Below the pieces are notes generated by a model that worked only from the letters and a program-made list of their open reading frames with translations, did not search any database and was not told the DNA's origin. Shown here in pieces: positions 52,401 to 64,000 of a DNA stretch of 64,000 nucleotides. Made by a program: the position numbers and the translations under genes. Where the stretch lies: NCBI GenBank assembly GCA_964270895.1, contig OZ185441.1; one strand, given 5' to 3'. Every line of letters begins with the position of its first letter. Within the stretch, counting starts at the first letter, position 1. This DNA is from Podarcis filfolensis (taxonomy: Eukaryota).

Positions 52401-55400
52401 ATCTTGCACTTCGAACTGCACACACAGTTTTTGTCAGTGCTTTGGGAACTGTTTGTGCTATGTCAAATAGCAACTCAGGCTCATCATGCATCCAAAATAG
52501 AATTCAGCATCATTAAAGCTGCTGTGTATGACTCTGGATAGGACCAATGGATGAATCTGTCTTTCTTCCAAATAAGTATCTTCAAGTATCTTAAAATCAA
52601 AGGGTTCAAGGGTGGCGTCCAATGCACTCACTCCATTAACACAAGGATATAAACTTGCGCAATGGAACTCTCTCCTCTGCCTGAGCACAACCCACACCCT
52701 TCCCAAATCTGGGATAAACTCCCAGAACAGATTTAGGGGTGAGGGGAGTAGAGTTCCATTGTGCTAGAGTAAACACTTGCACTAAGGGAACAAGTCGCTT
52801 AGCACTACATTAGATATAGATAGCCCTTACAAACATTCTTACAACAACCTGAAATCACAGGCAAACGTTCCCTAAATAACCAGTAGCGGTATGCATAAGA
52901 AAAAAGGCAATCACAGTGGACAAAAAGTTAGGACTTTTGCTTTTGTTAGCTCCCATGTGGTTCTAGCCCACCTTATTTCAGCAAATGTATGACAATACAT
53001 TAATATATGAAGCTGAACACAGAGGTTCCTAATCTCTCTTGAAGGCAATAAATAGGTAACCAGAGCAAAAACTACTCACTTTTTCTAACATCATTATCCT
53101 CTGCTTTTCCTCTGACAAAATCTGCACATTTTCACTAAAAATAAAATAAGAAATGGTTAACAAGATGCGCAGCTTCATTAATGAGAAAATATGTCAAATA
53201 GAGGGTTTTAGTAGATTAATATGTCACAAGAAAATGAAGATAAGCCATATTATATTCATCTTGACATGTTACATTGTGTCTCCAGTGTATCTGACATGCT
53301 GTATATTCCCCGCTCCTAAATAGGGGGTGACAAAAAGAACGAGGAATCCAGGCAGATTAATTAATCACAATGCCTTGGAAAACATGCATGGTATTTCTAT
53401 TGTGCTCTTTTGGATTTTCAAAGGCAGTTCAGCAACCATTTTTGAGGTGAGAGAGTCTTTATACCAGGTGAGTTCTCTTTTTAGTTTTCACATGATAACA
53501 CAGTTCAGTGAAAACACTTCCATGTGCTAATATAGTAGGGCTGTGTCCAGAAGAAATATTCTGGACCCTCCTGGTTGGTTTGAAGAGGGGGTTGCTTTGG
53601 GCCAGTGGCTTGTACTGACTTGATGTTTCACTCTGGATCCAAGACATGGGGTAAAAACCAACAACTCCTATGACATCTACAGTATAGTCTAAATTTTCAT
53701 TTTTTTAGACAGAATTGTATATTTATAGGCACAGTAGTCACTTCTGAGGGAATGAAGCTCTCAGATTTTGGACCCTTTAAAGTCTGAGGTGTTTTTGTTT
53801 TCTAAAAAGAGGTCCAATGATTTCCTATGTACTTTTGCAAACAATTTCCATGAATGTGACATTAAAAAAAAGGAAAAGGTGCCAGTATATGGCACCTGCA
53901 AAAATCATAGAAGGATGGTGGATGGGTTAGAGTTATGAATAAAGAAAATTATTTGAGACATTTTAAAAAGAATATTGTTTTCTGTTCAAATTTCCACCAA
54001 AGTCATATGCTGCCAAAGCCGAACAAGGTGTAGATGGATGTGTTTTATCCCTCACAGCAAAATAAACACTGTAACTGGAAGTAAAAGGAGAATGCCGATA
54101 ACCAAAGAAATAAAGATGTCATTCACAAAACTATATACTCCTCTCTCTGTCTGTCTCTCTGCCTAGTGTTTTCCCATTCCTGAAGAGCTTGGAGATGTAA
54201 AAATGTATCAAATCAGATCAAAATATAAATACAAATTCCCCCAAGAATTCCAGGTTGTCCGAAAGTCTTGCACCCACAGCCTATTCACCTCAGATTTGAG
54301 TTGCTTCACATGACAGCAGACTGGGGGGGGGGGGGGCATTTTCAAACATTTCAAATAAGAATAAAAAATTCCAAACAATGCCTACTGACATTCAGATACA
54401 TATCTATTTCAAGATTTGTGTACTAACTTTACAGACATCATGCTTGTTTCCAGCGTGGAATCCATTTTTCCTTCTTCTGTGGTATCTGACGTTAATCGCT
54501 CAGTTTCTGCTGTAAAATCAGCTGCACAAGCTCCGGGAGGTTCTGAAGGAGGAGGTAAACAGGCTGGTGGAACAAAATTGCTACTTCTCAGCTTATTAAC
54601 CTCTTCTTCAAGTTTCTTCTTCTCTTCGAGTAAACAGGCTCGGTCTTCAGAAAGACTTTCAATCAGATCTGAGCAAAAGGCAAGTAATATTCAACATTCT
54701 GATATTCTGCAGAGCAATTAATTGGATTCAAACTACATGTACAAAACATTTGCTTACCCTTATCCCTTTCTTGCTGCTGTATTATTGCTTTTAATTTGTC
54801 ACTAAGATCATTTATTATGTTTTCCTTTTTCATTTTTTCTCTTGTTAGAACAGTGTTAAACGTCGTCTGAAAATACAGAATCAGCATTATGTTAAGTAAT
54901 ACAATGTACATATACATGACATGAAAAAAATAAATAGGTACTGTAACTTTTCAATCTCTGAAGAGGCTACAACATACCAGCTTTGGCCTCCTCCCTCAGC
55001 AGCCATCTATCAGAAGCCATTCCATCAGGTACCAGAGAGGGAGAGAGGTAAGACTGAAAGACTGGGAACTTTTGGCTCTGCTTCTTCATATTTTTCAATT
55101 CCAGCTTGCTTTCCCCACCTCCTTCCCCGTTCCTTTTCTTTTTGTGCTATACCTCATTAAAACGGTGAGCCTGCAGGGACTGTCTTATCATCATCAAAAT
55201 TTGTAAGCTGCTTTGTGAGCCTTCTTTGACTAAGCAGGGTAAAAATGCTTTTTTGAAATAATAATAATAGTGATTTATTTATTTATTTTACTTTTTTAGA
55301 AGCATAAGCCCAGAATGCATCCAATTTTGATGTTCTCCAAGCTGCTCATTTGTCTCCTTGTGCCAGCATCTTTCAGATGTTGTGGCACAATTGCCAATCA

Positions 55401-58400
55401 TGCAATGGAAGTAGTTCAGGACTCGAGTGAAAACTCCACTCAAATGAACAGGGATTGTATAAGAACAAGCAGTGGCTGTATGTGACATGTCAGAAAACCA
55501 GTACTGGCCTGAAATGCTAGGCAATAATCCATTTGCAAGCTAAAGACATAAGGAAACCATCAAAAGGTCCTGGAACTCTGAGGAATGAGAATTTCTAAGA
55601 AGGCTGTGAAAAACAAAGGAGCCCCCAGTTACTTTAAAGCATCCTCACAAGTGTATCTAATCTGAACTCTTGAAACAGCCTCGTCTACCTGCTGTTCTGC
55701 AGTGAGTGATGTTCGAATGTTTTGCATTTCCTCATTTTTTCTTTTCTCATGTTCTTCAAGCTGCTCCAAAAACTTCACTTTTTCTTCCTGAAGTTTTTCT
55801 TGAAGTTCTGCAACTAAGCTTGATGCAGATGATTCAACCGAACTAGGAAAAAGAAAACATTGAAAATTTAAATGACCAGCCCAGGATGGTATGAACAAAC
55901 TACAAAGGGAAACCTTAAACATCAATATCACTTTATCTGGTGTTTCCCTAGTTAAGAAATTCAAAATTCTGACTAGTCAAGGGGAAACATTCCTGATAAA
56001 TGTATGAAAAAGTATTTCTTCTTTTTTTTAAACAAACAGAGCAGCAAGATTCTTAGCGCATGGTGTGTTCGCCTTCTTTTGCTTGACTTTGCAGGAGAAA
56101 GTTCAGATGTTGTGCAAATAATCAGTGTGTTCATGGAAAGATAGGAGAGTAAAAAAATAACACCAAAAAATGAAACTAAATCTTGGTTATAGGAGGAACA
56201 ATAAATTTAGTTTCGATCTAAACTTGCGTTAATCCCTATATTACAGTATAATGGGATTGCAAAGATGGAATTCACTATCAAGCAATTTGCTTCTCTAAAG
56301 TCAGAGAAATTAATAGCTGTCTAAATATATCCTACTACAATAGCAGGCAGGGGAGCCTTTGTGAATCAGGTACACCACCAGCATTATTCAAATGCAAAAT
56401 AATCCAGCTACAGACACGTTACACGATGGTCTTGACATGCCACATAGGTATGTATATTCTTGTTTTAATAAAGAGATGGGAAAAACTCTGTAAGAAATGG
56501 ATCTGCTTCCAATACTGTCTTTCTTGAATATTCTCCAAGATTCATTTCTCATATGTTAAGACAGCTAAATTATTCTACTTGTAAAGTAACATATTAAGCA
56601 AGTCATTTCAATTACACAGTAAAAACTCTCAGCTTACTGAGATGATAGTGCGGAAACACTTCAGTCCGGTATTACACAATTCCCATGCAATTCAACAAAC
56701 TCGACTCATGAAAATTACATTTAGAATTTTAAATATGATGAAACAACTTGGCACTAACCACATTATGCCTTGATGTGGCCATGCCTCACAAACTGCCTTG
56801 ATCCCCAACAACTGAAAATGTACTATTTTTGCTTTTAAAACTTTGGTACCAATGAATCCCTTCCACAATCCCCTGAGAATATAATAAAGCTCGATTTAAA
56901 AAAACAAGTTCTATAATCAACAAAATAAGGCTTCAGCTCTGTGTTTATTTCCAGATAAGAAACAAAATCCATGTGCCTCCCCTTTCTCCTAATTCCAGGA
57001 CTTCTGCCAAGGTTACTTTCAAAGAATCTCAGCCTAGCATTATGTTCAAACGAGGAATCCTGGTTAAAAATAAACCCTGCCCTTCGTCCAGCATGCATAG
57101 TTCCTTTCCGTCCTCATAACAACTCTGTGAAAGTATGTCAGACGGACTCAAGATCTGCCAGTGATCTTGGAACCGGCCTCCTTTCAGTCCTAATCTGACC
57201 CTCTAACCAAACACCTCACCACTGTTTGCTTCTAGTGCTTAGCACACCCAGTTGCAGACATGAGAGAAACTGGAAGCTGTATGGTCCCACCACATTCCCA
57301 CCTGTCCCCCCTCCTCCAGGCATTCCTGCACCCAACTATATATACATATGCCCAGTTAGGTTAGTCTTTACCTGAACAGTTGCCTGAGCCTGGCTTCTTC
57401 TCTTCTTGCTCTATTTGTCCCCAACAACAGCCTTGGACTATCTCTACAGAGCACAGTGCTTTAACCTTCTAAGCAAAGTATCCCAAGGGTTTCCTGGTGA
57501 TGTTAGTCCCTGATCTTGTTGGTGCACATCCTTGTGGTTAGGGACAAATAATATTTTCCTCTGAACAAGAGGAGTGATGAGCAGACACTCAAGGATCTTT
57601 GCCATGGGGGCACTGGCTCCACTCAACCATACCCCAAAAGCTTTGGATTGCCTTTATCCCTAGCAAGCACCCCAGATTACTCCTGCATCAAATGGTCTAA
57701 AGTTATGTACTCTTGGAATGGAGCAAAAGAACAGAGAGTCCCCCCCCCCCGAGTAAAAGAGAGAGAGTATAGATATATACAGATTTATACAAAATAAAAT
57801 CTCCCTTGCATCTATCCTATCCCCCTGGACTCTGAACTCGCTCTTTGCTGATTAAAAGGCATGGGGTTGCCCATGTGCAGGGAGAAGAGGACATTTTCAT
57901 ATCTCCCTGCCCCCCAACCGCCACTTTGTGTCTATTCAGAGGATGACTGCGTAAAATTTCACCCTAGATGGAGAAAGCTGGCTCAACTACTAACAAGATC
58001 ACTGAAGAAAGTTCCTGTGGCAGTCCATGGCCCAGACTGCACTATGTGAAAAGTTCCACACAAAGAGAAAAATGCAGGCTGCCTAAAGAAAATCATTATG
58101 TCTGACTTGACCTGCATGTAACAGTTTTGAGTAGATAATGTCTTGGATTGCTAGTTTGTTGTTGGTGCTGCTGCTGTGGTTTTGAAAAACCTTTACTTCA
58201 TTAACCCATAATACTTTAATTTACACGGTCAAAAAGACTTACATTGTCAACAGAAAAAACTTAAATCCATACTAAAACCAACATAAAGTACATATAAAGT
58301 ATTAGCTAAAGAACCTTGAAAACAACTAAGTAGTTGATCATTAATAAAGCTATCTTAGACTTACTTTTCATCATTTATGTTGAACAAACTATTGACTCAT

Positions 58401-61400
58401 GGAATAAAATACTTTGAGTGGAGATGGAGGAAGTCAAAGTCTAGCTAGCTGAGTAGGTCAGAGTTGTTGGGCTAATAATGTCAAGGTTGTGAGTGCAGGG
58501 TCCATACGAGTTGGGTGGGGTGGATGGAAGCCTGTGAGATTTTCTTTGGAGTAGAATACATTGTTCACCTGTGCTGAACTGGGTTACACTTTTCCTTATG
58601 GCACATTTTGTAGCTTTGGAGTGCTGTAAGATCTGCCACTTACTTAACAGCCTGTGACATCTGTGGTACAAAGTAGCTGAGGCTGCTGAACAGTTTTGTG
58701 GGTTGTCCAGAGACCACTGAATTGTAAGATTTTCTATGAAAATTAGGGTAATTTGCATTTTAAAAAACAAAGTATGCCCTAGGTATATGATCTACTTTTG
58801 CATTGGTGGATGTGTGGGTTTTTTTTGGTATTTCATAAACAAAGCTAAAAAATGAAACTGCCAAGCTTGTCTAATATTTATTTTCAATTGGCATCAATTC
58901 ATTGTTAATAAACAACTTACAAAACAGGCATTTTTTGCCATGGAAAAATACCCACCCCACATCACTACTGTTGTGAGTGGTGGGACTCCTTGGTGGACAA
59001 AGACTGGGTAATTCAAGCTCTAATATCATCCAGTGTGTAAACTACAAAGTGTTGTACATGCGGCTGCCTCTGAAGACTACTTGGAGGACCTCAGCTATTC
59101 CAAAATAGATCACCAAGACCATTGAGCAGAATAGATTTATTTGGTTTAAACTAGTTTCCCTAGCTCAATTAAAACAACAACAACAATGTTGACTTAACCT
59201 ATACAGCCACACACAGCTTGCAGTCTGAGGAATAGCCTGATCGCATGTGAACATGTTCACTCATTAATATTTTCCTCCAAAGCCCTTCTCTCTATTCCCC
59301 CATTAATAAAAAATTGAAAAGCAGTCGGTGGTATTGCATTCGGTTGTGTGGGTCATCTGTTTAAAGAAAAAAACAGTTGAGTTTTCCACTAAGCTACTAG
59401 AAGCCCCTTGTATGAGCCAAAACAGCTTCTTGGATTTGTAGCCCATGTTTTTATTCATTGCAAGCAAATTCTTCTGTTCAGAGAAACTTGGTTGGAAAAA
59501 ACACACACCTATGCATACACTTCTGTTTCTTCTTCTCCTTCTTCCACTGCCCCCCCCCCCCCGCCCCACATAATAACCATGCTACTAGTGATCATTTGTT
59601 GGAAGATCAGCATGCTTGGATTTAGACCCTCCCCACTCCCTAGGTGATCAACATTAACAAGCCTGATTACTACTTACAGACATATATGTAATTGCTCTTC
59701 TATATGCTATCTAATGAAGCAAACTTAAGAGCTCTTTCAGTTGCAAGTAAGCAATTGTACATAGTGCTTTCTTATTTCCTGAGGAATGCCCCTTCAGGCA
59801 TGAGCACTGCATGTATTCAATGCATGAGCATAAATGTCTAATTTATATAAACTGACTATCATAAATGGCATAACAGCCATAAAATAAATATAGGACATCA
59901 TTAGACTGCACGATTTTTAACAACGTATCTTCGCTACTGAAAATTAGTAATTATAACAAGCATAAATACTTAGCTCTATATCACATCACATTTGAAGATG
60001 GCCCATGATATTTCATTTGTGGAAAAGAGCATAGGTCGTGTGTACAAAGAACCTGTTTAGAACATAATTTTAGTTCAGGCTACTTCTGAACTGTAGAAGT
60101 GAATACATTTGCCAGATTTTCAGCATCTTAAGTTTTTCAAATATCTGGGTTTTGTTTTGGTTGTGACATTGTGGTGTCCAGTGATCTTCGTAAAGTCACT
60201 TCAGGCCTCCCAGAAATAAAATATCAGCTGCTCCACTAATCACTTTACTTATAGAAAAGCTGAAACAGTTACCACTATTAATTTGCTACTATATGCTTCA
60301 AAAGGTAGGAAATGAAGCCTGAAGTATTTTTGGTAAACAGGTATCTAATTCTGGAAAAGTCTGTTACTGGGTTCCTTGAATGCAAATTATGCACACTATG
60401 AATGTTCTTAGAATCTTATGTTCCAATTTTAACACTGGTCAGTACTTAGAACTGTGCTTAGGTAAACAAACGTATTTTTGTGCTACTTTAAAGACTATTA
60501 ATATTGCTGTTGTATTCGTTTTCATGAACTAGAGTCCGCCATCTGACTAACATGGCAACCCTTCAGGAACAGTTCACTGTATGGCTCTGTTAGAAGTAAC
60601 GAGAAACCACAGCTTGTTGCTGAAAAATGGACTGTATTGAGGCTTGGGCTTCTACACTCTCCTCTCCCTACAATTTTCCATTTTAAAATGACAGTGGTTC
60701 CCTGTGACATCCAAACTCAAATAAAGGTAGTTTGCTTAAATGACCGCTTGAGAAGCCACAGTTTAACCTTCACTTATTTTCATTAACCAAAGTTTAAAAC
60801 AAATTACAGTTCTTAAGAGTTCCAAAGATACTGTTTAAATTTAAACCAGAAGTTTTTGATCTGCTTTTATGGGTAACAAGAGGGGTGGAGAGGGAGAACC
60901 AGGCCTATGTGGAGTGTTCAAATTCCATCCATCAATCAAAAGTTCAATTTCACTCTTGGATAGGGCAGCTTCAAAATCTTTTTAAAAAAACCTAATTCCT
61001 AAAAGATATCTGGGGAATAAATGAGTCCTGTGAATAGGAACAAAAACAAGTGCCACGGTTTTTAAGCAGCCCTATAGTTATATTTTAAGAGCACTTTTGT
61101 GTAGTATTTTGTCCCTGATAAACTGCCAGACTGATTTTTAAAAACTCCCCCATGCTGCTTTCCCATTAAAATCAAATTTTAAAAAGCCAGAATCTCAATT
61201 GATAAAACTCACGGACTCTTAAAGCTATTTGTGCGCAGCCAGAAACATTGTTATGAATATCACTTTATGCTGTCGATGACTGATCTTAAAAAACAGAAAT
61301 ATTCTTCCATCATTTAAAAATGTTTTAAATCTTTCACTTAAGTCATTCAGTCTGCTCAGCTTGGACAGCTGTATCACTTCCATCTGGCATTCAGTGCAAA

Positions 61401-64000
61401 CTACCCTTCATGATCAATAAACATTATGAGCTGGATCCAAAGGTTCCCTTTCACTATGGAGAGAATTCCTTTACTAGAAAAATGAGGGATTCTGCCCTAT
61501 CAATCAAAAAGAATTTTGAATTTAGATGTGACAGTTTTAAAATAATGCACATTGTGCTTGATTAATGCTGCAAGATTGTGTGAAGGTGCTTCTCTTATCC
61601 AACAACTTTTCAGCCTAGGGGAAAGGTAATTTTTAAATTCTTTCTTACACACAGCTTGTGTTTAACATAGGGACACCAATTTCATGGGGTGATTGATTGA
61701 TTTAGGTCCACCTATCCACTGGAAGATAAAAAAGAAAAAATATACACCCAACAGGAAGATGTGAAAAGCCATATTAAGGAGGTTTGAATGAAGTCCTCAA
61801 CTCAGGAGCTTGAACTATCTAAAAAGCAGAAAAGCTCAGCATTTTTGCAATCACAATTTATACTTAATACAGTATACTTGAATACAGAAGTTCAATAGAA
61901 AAAGAACTATGTGCTTCTGAGCATAAGTCATGTAATGATGGAATTAGGGATTGGGTTGAGTGAGGGGAAAGGATAAACATATCTAAGGAGACAAGATGCG
62001 TCTGAGCAAGAGCAGGAACCATTAATCCAAGAATGGAGAAAACCTTCTATAGTTTGAGACTGCACTTACTCAACTGACTACAAATTATATTAAGCACTGT
62101 TAGTTTATTTTATTTCAAACATTAGAGGGCAACTTAATTCATACAGTACCTCTGATTAACTTGCATCTCTAGTTGCTGGATTTTCCCCAAAAGTTCTTTT
62201 TCAACAGCTTCCCTTTGCAATTCAAATTCTTTAAGGGCATTTCGGACTGCATCTTCTTTTTCACAGTTGAGCTTTTGAACAAGCAGTTTCCTGTCCTGTT
62301 CATGGTTAGTTAATAGTAGCTCTTTTTCTTCTGCAAACTTACTGATAGTGGCTTCATATTTCTTTTGCTGTTCACACAATACCAAATTTTCTTCTTTTTG
62401 CTTTTCTAGGGCACTGACTTCCAATTCTAGCTTACCTTGCAACTCTGTTATTTGTTCTTCCAATCTTTTTTCTGCTTCAAGAGCTTGTTGGTGCAAAGAA
62501 GTTACTTTACTTAATTCAGTTCTAAGCAAATTTGTTTCTTCTTCATGCCTATCAATTAATTCTGAAATGCACTGATCTTTCTCAATTGTCATTAAAGTTC
62601 TTAGCTCTGCTAGACCCACCTGATATTCATCATTATTAATTTGTATTACATGGTTCAAATTATCAATCTGTTTTCTTAACGTTTCAGTTTCCTTGTCAAT
62701 AAGACTTTTTAGATTATCTTGCTGTTGAGTTTTGTTTTCTTCTAAAAGTATTTTCATTTCATCTGTTTCTGCCTCTTTCAGTGCAAGTTCAACCTCTAAT
62801 TTGCATCTTAAGTCAGACAGTTCAGAAACCTTGACCTTTAATTCCTCAATCTGTTGTTCTTTCTCATGGACATTTGCAGCATGAGTTTCTTGCATTTGTT
62901 CAAGTCGGAGTTTATTCTCCTTTTTCAACTCCTCTAAGCAATCATTGTGTTTAGCCATTAGTTCATCAAATTCTTGTGTATGTCTTTCCTGTAGATTGGA
63001 TTCCAGTTCCTTTAAGTGATCTTGCTCCAAAGTCTGAAGTTCTGCTTTCAGAAGCTGCATTTTTTCATCGTTTTCAGTATGAAGTTTTTTCAAACTCTCC
63101 AACACCCTTTCACGTGACTCTCTTAGTTCTTTAATTTCACAACTCTGATTCTTCATTTGACTTTCCAATTCAAGCAATTTTTGCTCCTTTTCATTTTGTA
63201 AAAACACAACTGCTTCCTTTTCATTCTTTACTATTGCAAATTCATTATCTTTATCATGCAAAACATCTTCAAGACCTTTTAAGTCACCTTTTAATTTTGT
63301 GATCTTTTTTTTGTTCTCTTCACCATCTTCAACTAAAGTATTCATTTTGCTTTCATATTCAGTTTTTACCAATTGCAGCTCTTTCTGGTGTTTATCTTTT
63401 AGCGTTTTTTCAAGAGAAAATTTTACTTTTTCTATAATATTCTTTATTTCTATTGAAGTACATTTTAAAGAACTGGAAAGGTCACATTGTTCTTTTTCTA
63501 CAAATGTTCTAAAATGACAAAGGTCTTCTTTTATGTTTATTAAATTTAACCGAGATTCCTCGGCAACATCTCTACATTTTTCCATATAAACATTTATAGC
63601 AGAATTTTCTAAAGCTTCCGCTTTTGCACATATATTTGTATCTTGCATCCGCCTGCTGTCAATTGCATTGATAACTGAGGAATAGAGAGACTCCACCATC
63701 ATTTCTGGACTTTGAGGATCACTTATCACATTCGGTGACGTTAGGTTTTCTTCTATTATGAACTCATTAACCGCTGACATAAAATCAGATTCTGGACTTT
63801 CTGCCAGTGAGTCCAAGTCTAATGACCCTTGCTTAAGGGCTTGTTCAATGCTTGGGTGGGCAATCGTTTCAAAATCAAATGTATGAGCATCAATACTGTC
63901 TGGAGACAATTCTTCTAAAGGACCTGGGGGGCACACAGGAGGGCACAAAGGACCATGAAGACTGAGTGGTGGAGGAGTTCTAGGAGAGGTAGCAATTGTT
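43340..64000 (-). CDS. RB1CC1: RB1-inducible coiled-coil protein 1 (FIP200), 5'-partial spliced CDS: join of 64000-62150, 55842-55689, 54866-54758, 54668-54428, 53134-53080, 51028-50981, 47353-47295, 45992-45865 (or 45856), 44372-44302, 43417-43340
   Basis: Translation matches recalled vertebrate FIP200 (SPDSIDAHTFDFETI, LCHFRTFV, RCKLEVELALKEAETDE, IAIRDFQVGDLVLIILDERHDNYVLF, AQNRFKVPLGTKFYRVKAV.WNKKV*). All 9 introns are GT-AG and phases are compatible; exon lengths from 63999 sum to 2793 nt = 930 aa + stop. Confidence 0.98.
44052..44165. mobile_element. Tc1/mariner-like fragment in the last RB1CC1 intron
   Basis: tttttccgtgtataagac and gcgtcttataca motifs, typical of CCGTA-TIR mariner derivatives. 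Confidence 0.4.
44302..44372 (-). CDS. RB1CC1: RB1CC1 Claw-domain exon, 71 nt (ASGASRRPWVLGKVMEKEYCQAKK)
   Basis: Acceptor ttctccttccag, donor AAG|gtaagg. Confidence 0.96.
44630..44865. mobile_element. pogo/Tigger-like MITE family B (236 bp, CpG-rich) in an RB1CC1 intron
   Basis: TIRs CAGTGGTACCTCTGGAT / CAGTCATACCTTGGAT; TA flanks; internal sequence differs from family A. Confidence 0.8.
45865..45992 (-). CDS. RB1CC1: RB1CC1 Claw-domain exon, 128 nt (DFQVGDLVLIILDERHDNYVLFTVSPTLYFLHSESLAALDLKP); alternative donor extends it to 45856
   Basis: Acceptor tttttattcag; tandem donors CCAG|gtgagt and GTG|gtaagt 9 nt apart. Confidence 0.96.
46480..46780 (-). mobile_element. Degenerate Gypsy-type integrase fragment in an RB1CC1 intron
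   Basis: Across frameshifts: HWPK...CQKCQ (zinc-binding HHCC end), SQPLQK-VG-MDI (cf. PF.KVG.DI.GP), HVYIL and YPE (cf. YILV.VDY.TRYPEA). Confidence 0.5.
47295..47353 (-). CDS. RB1CC1: RB1CC1 exon, 59 nt (MSQSMSSVSLRHSEKIAIR)
   Basis: Acceptor catttttgcag, donor GAGA|gtaagt; start of Claw region. Confidence 0.96.
48483..48708 (+). mobile_element. pogo/Tigger-like MITE family A, copy 4 (226 bp) in an RB1CC1 intron
   Basis: Perfect TIR CAGTGGTACCTCGGGTTA; TA flanks. Confidence 0.93.
50981..51028 (-). CDS. RB1CC1: RB1CC1 exon, 48 nt (TLQLKEEENKRLNQRL)
   Basis: Acceptor gttttatag, donor TTG|gtaagc; same as recalled human peptide. Confidence 0.96.
51238..51257. repeat. (GT)n microsatellite
   Basis: Seen directly. 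Confidence 0.9.
53080..53134 (-). CDS. RB1CC1: RB1CC1 exon, 55 nt (ENVQILSEEKQRIMMLEK)
   Basis: Acceptor ttttatttttag, donor AAA|gtgagt; matches recalled human ENIHMLSEEKQRIMLLER. Confidence 0.95.
54428..54668 (-). CDS. RB1CC1: RB1CC1 exon, 241 nt (DLIESLSEDRACLLEEKKKLEEEV...ETSMMSV)
   Basis: Acceptor ccttttgctcag, donor GTAAA|gttagt; follows an 89-nt intron; not in the ORF track because it lacks a suitable start. Confidence 0.94.
54758..54866 (-). CDS. RB1CC1: RB1CC1 exon, 109 nt (TTFNTVLTREKMKKENIINDLSDKLKAIIQQQERDK)
   Basis: Acceptor gtattttcag, donor AAGG|gtaagc; 36 codons + 1 nt. Confidence 0.96.
55689..55842 (-). CDS. RB1CC1: RB1CC1 exon, 154 nt (SVESSASSLVAELQEKLQEE...TSLTAEQQ)
   Basis: Acceptor ttttctttttcctag, donor CAG|gtagac; 1 nt + 51 codons. 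Confidence 0.95.
58440..58512 (+). mobile_element. Degenerate tRNA-derived SINE head
   Basis: tagctgagtaggtcagag...gctaataatgtcaaggttg resembles the tRNA-Ile-like squamate SINE 5' end. Confidence 0.4.
62150..64000 (-). CDS. RB1CC1: RB1CC1 long coiled-coil exon (partial; frame open to window end, first full codon at 63999)
   Basis: Stop-free frame TIATSPRTPPP...LEMQVNQ; donor CAGAG|gtac at 62149-62148, phase 2. Confidence 0.97.

Noticed and set aside
56734-56815. ATGATGA...CTGA spaced like a C/D-box snoRNA
   Set aside because: It is antisense to the host gene and has no convincing terminal stem.
62134-63948. ORF-track 604-aa protein starting MCPPV and ending QRYCMN
   Set aside because: The start is an internal TTG (Leu) and the frame runs on to the window end; RYCMN* is read-through past the donor at 62149.
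1-64000. CRISPR arrays, operons, rRNA or true tRNA genes
   Set aside because: Eukaryotic intron-exon DNA with no repeat-spacer arrays; the tRNA-like motifs are SINE heads.

Overview
Vertebrate genomic DNA, most likely a squamate and probably a lacertid lizard (inferred from a Sauria SINE and the MITE/L2/RTE repeat landscape). One gene is solidly supported: the 3' half of RB1CC1 (FIP200, ULK1 autophagy complex scaffold) on the minus strand. I resolved ten coding exons by hand, all with GT-AG junctions and consistent phases, from the long coiled-coil exon (cut off by the window end at 64000) to the stop at 43340-43342. They give 930 aa, or 933 aa with an alternative donor, and are followed by a ~1.1 kb 3'UTR with two AATAAA signals. 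Positions 1-42000 are intergenic and repeat-rich: pogo/Tigger-like MITEs with TA TSDs, two solo LTRs with 5-bp TSDs, a Sauria SINE, L1/L2/RTE/CR1 fragments, a Penelope-like 86-bp-arm hairpin with hammerhead-ribozyme remnants, microsatellites and a 137-bp assembly gap. Nearly all short ORFs in the supplied track are spurious. I found no convincing new biological system. The best leads are the hairpin/hammerhead remnant, a possible decayed first exon in the syntenic ALKAL1 slot, and tandem splice donors in the FIP200 Claw domain.
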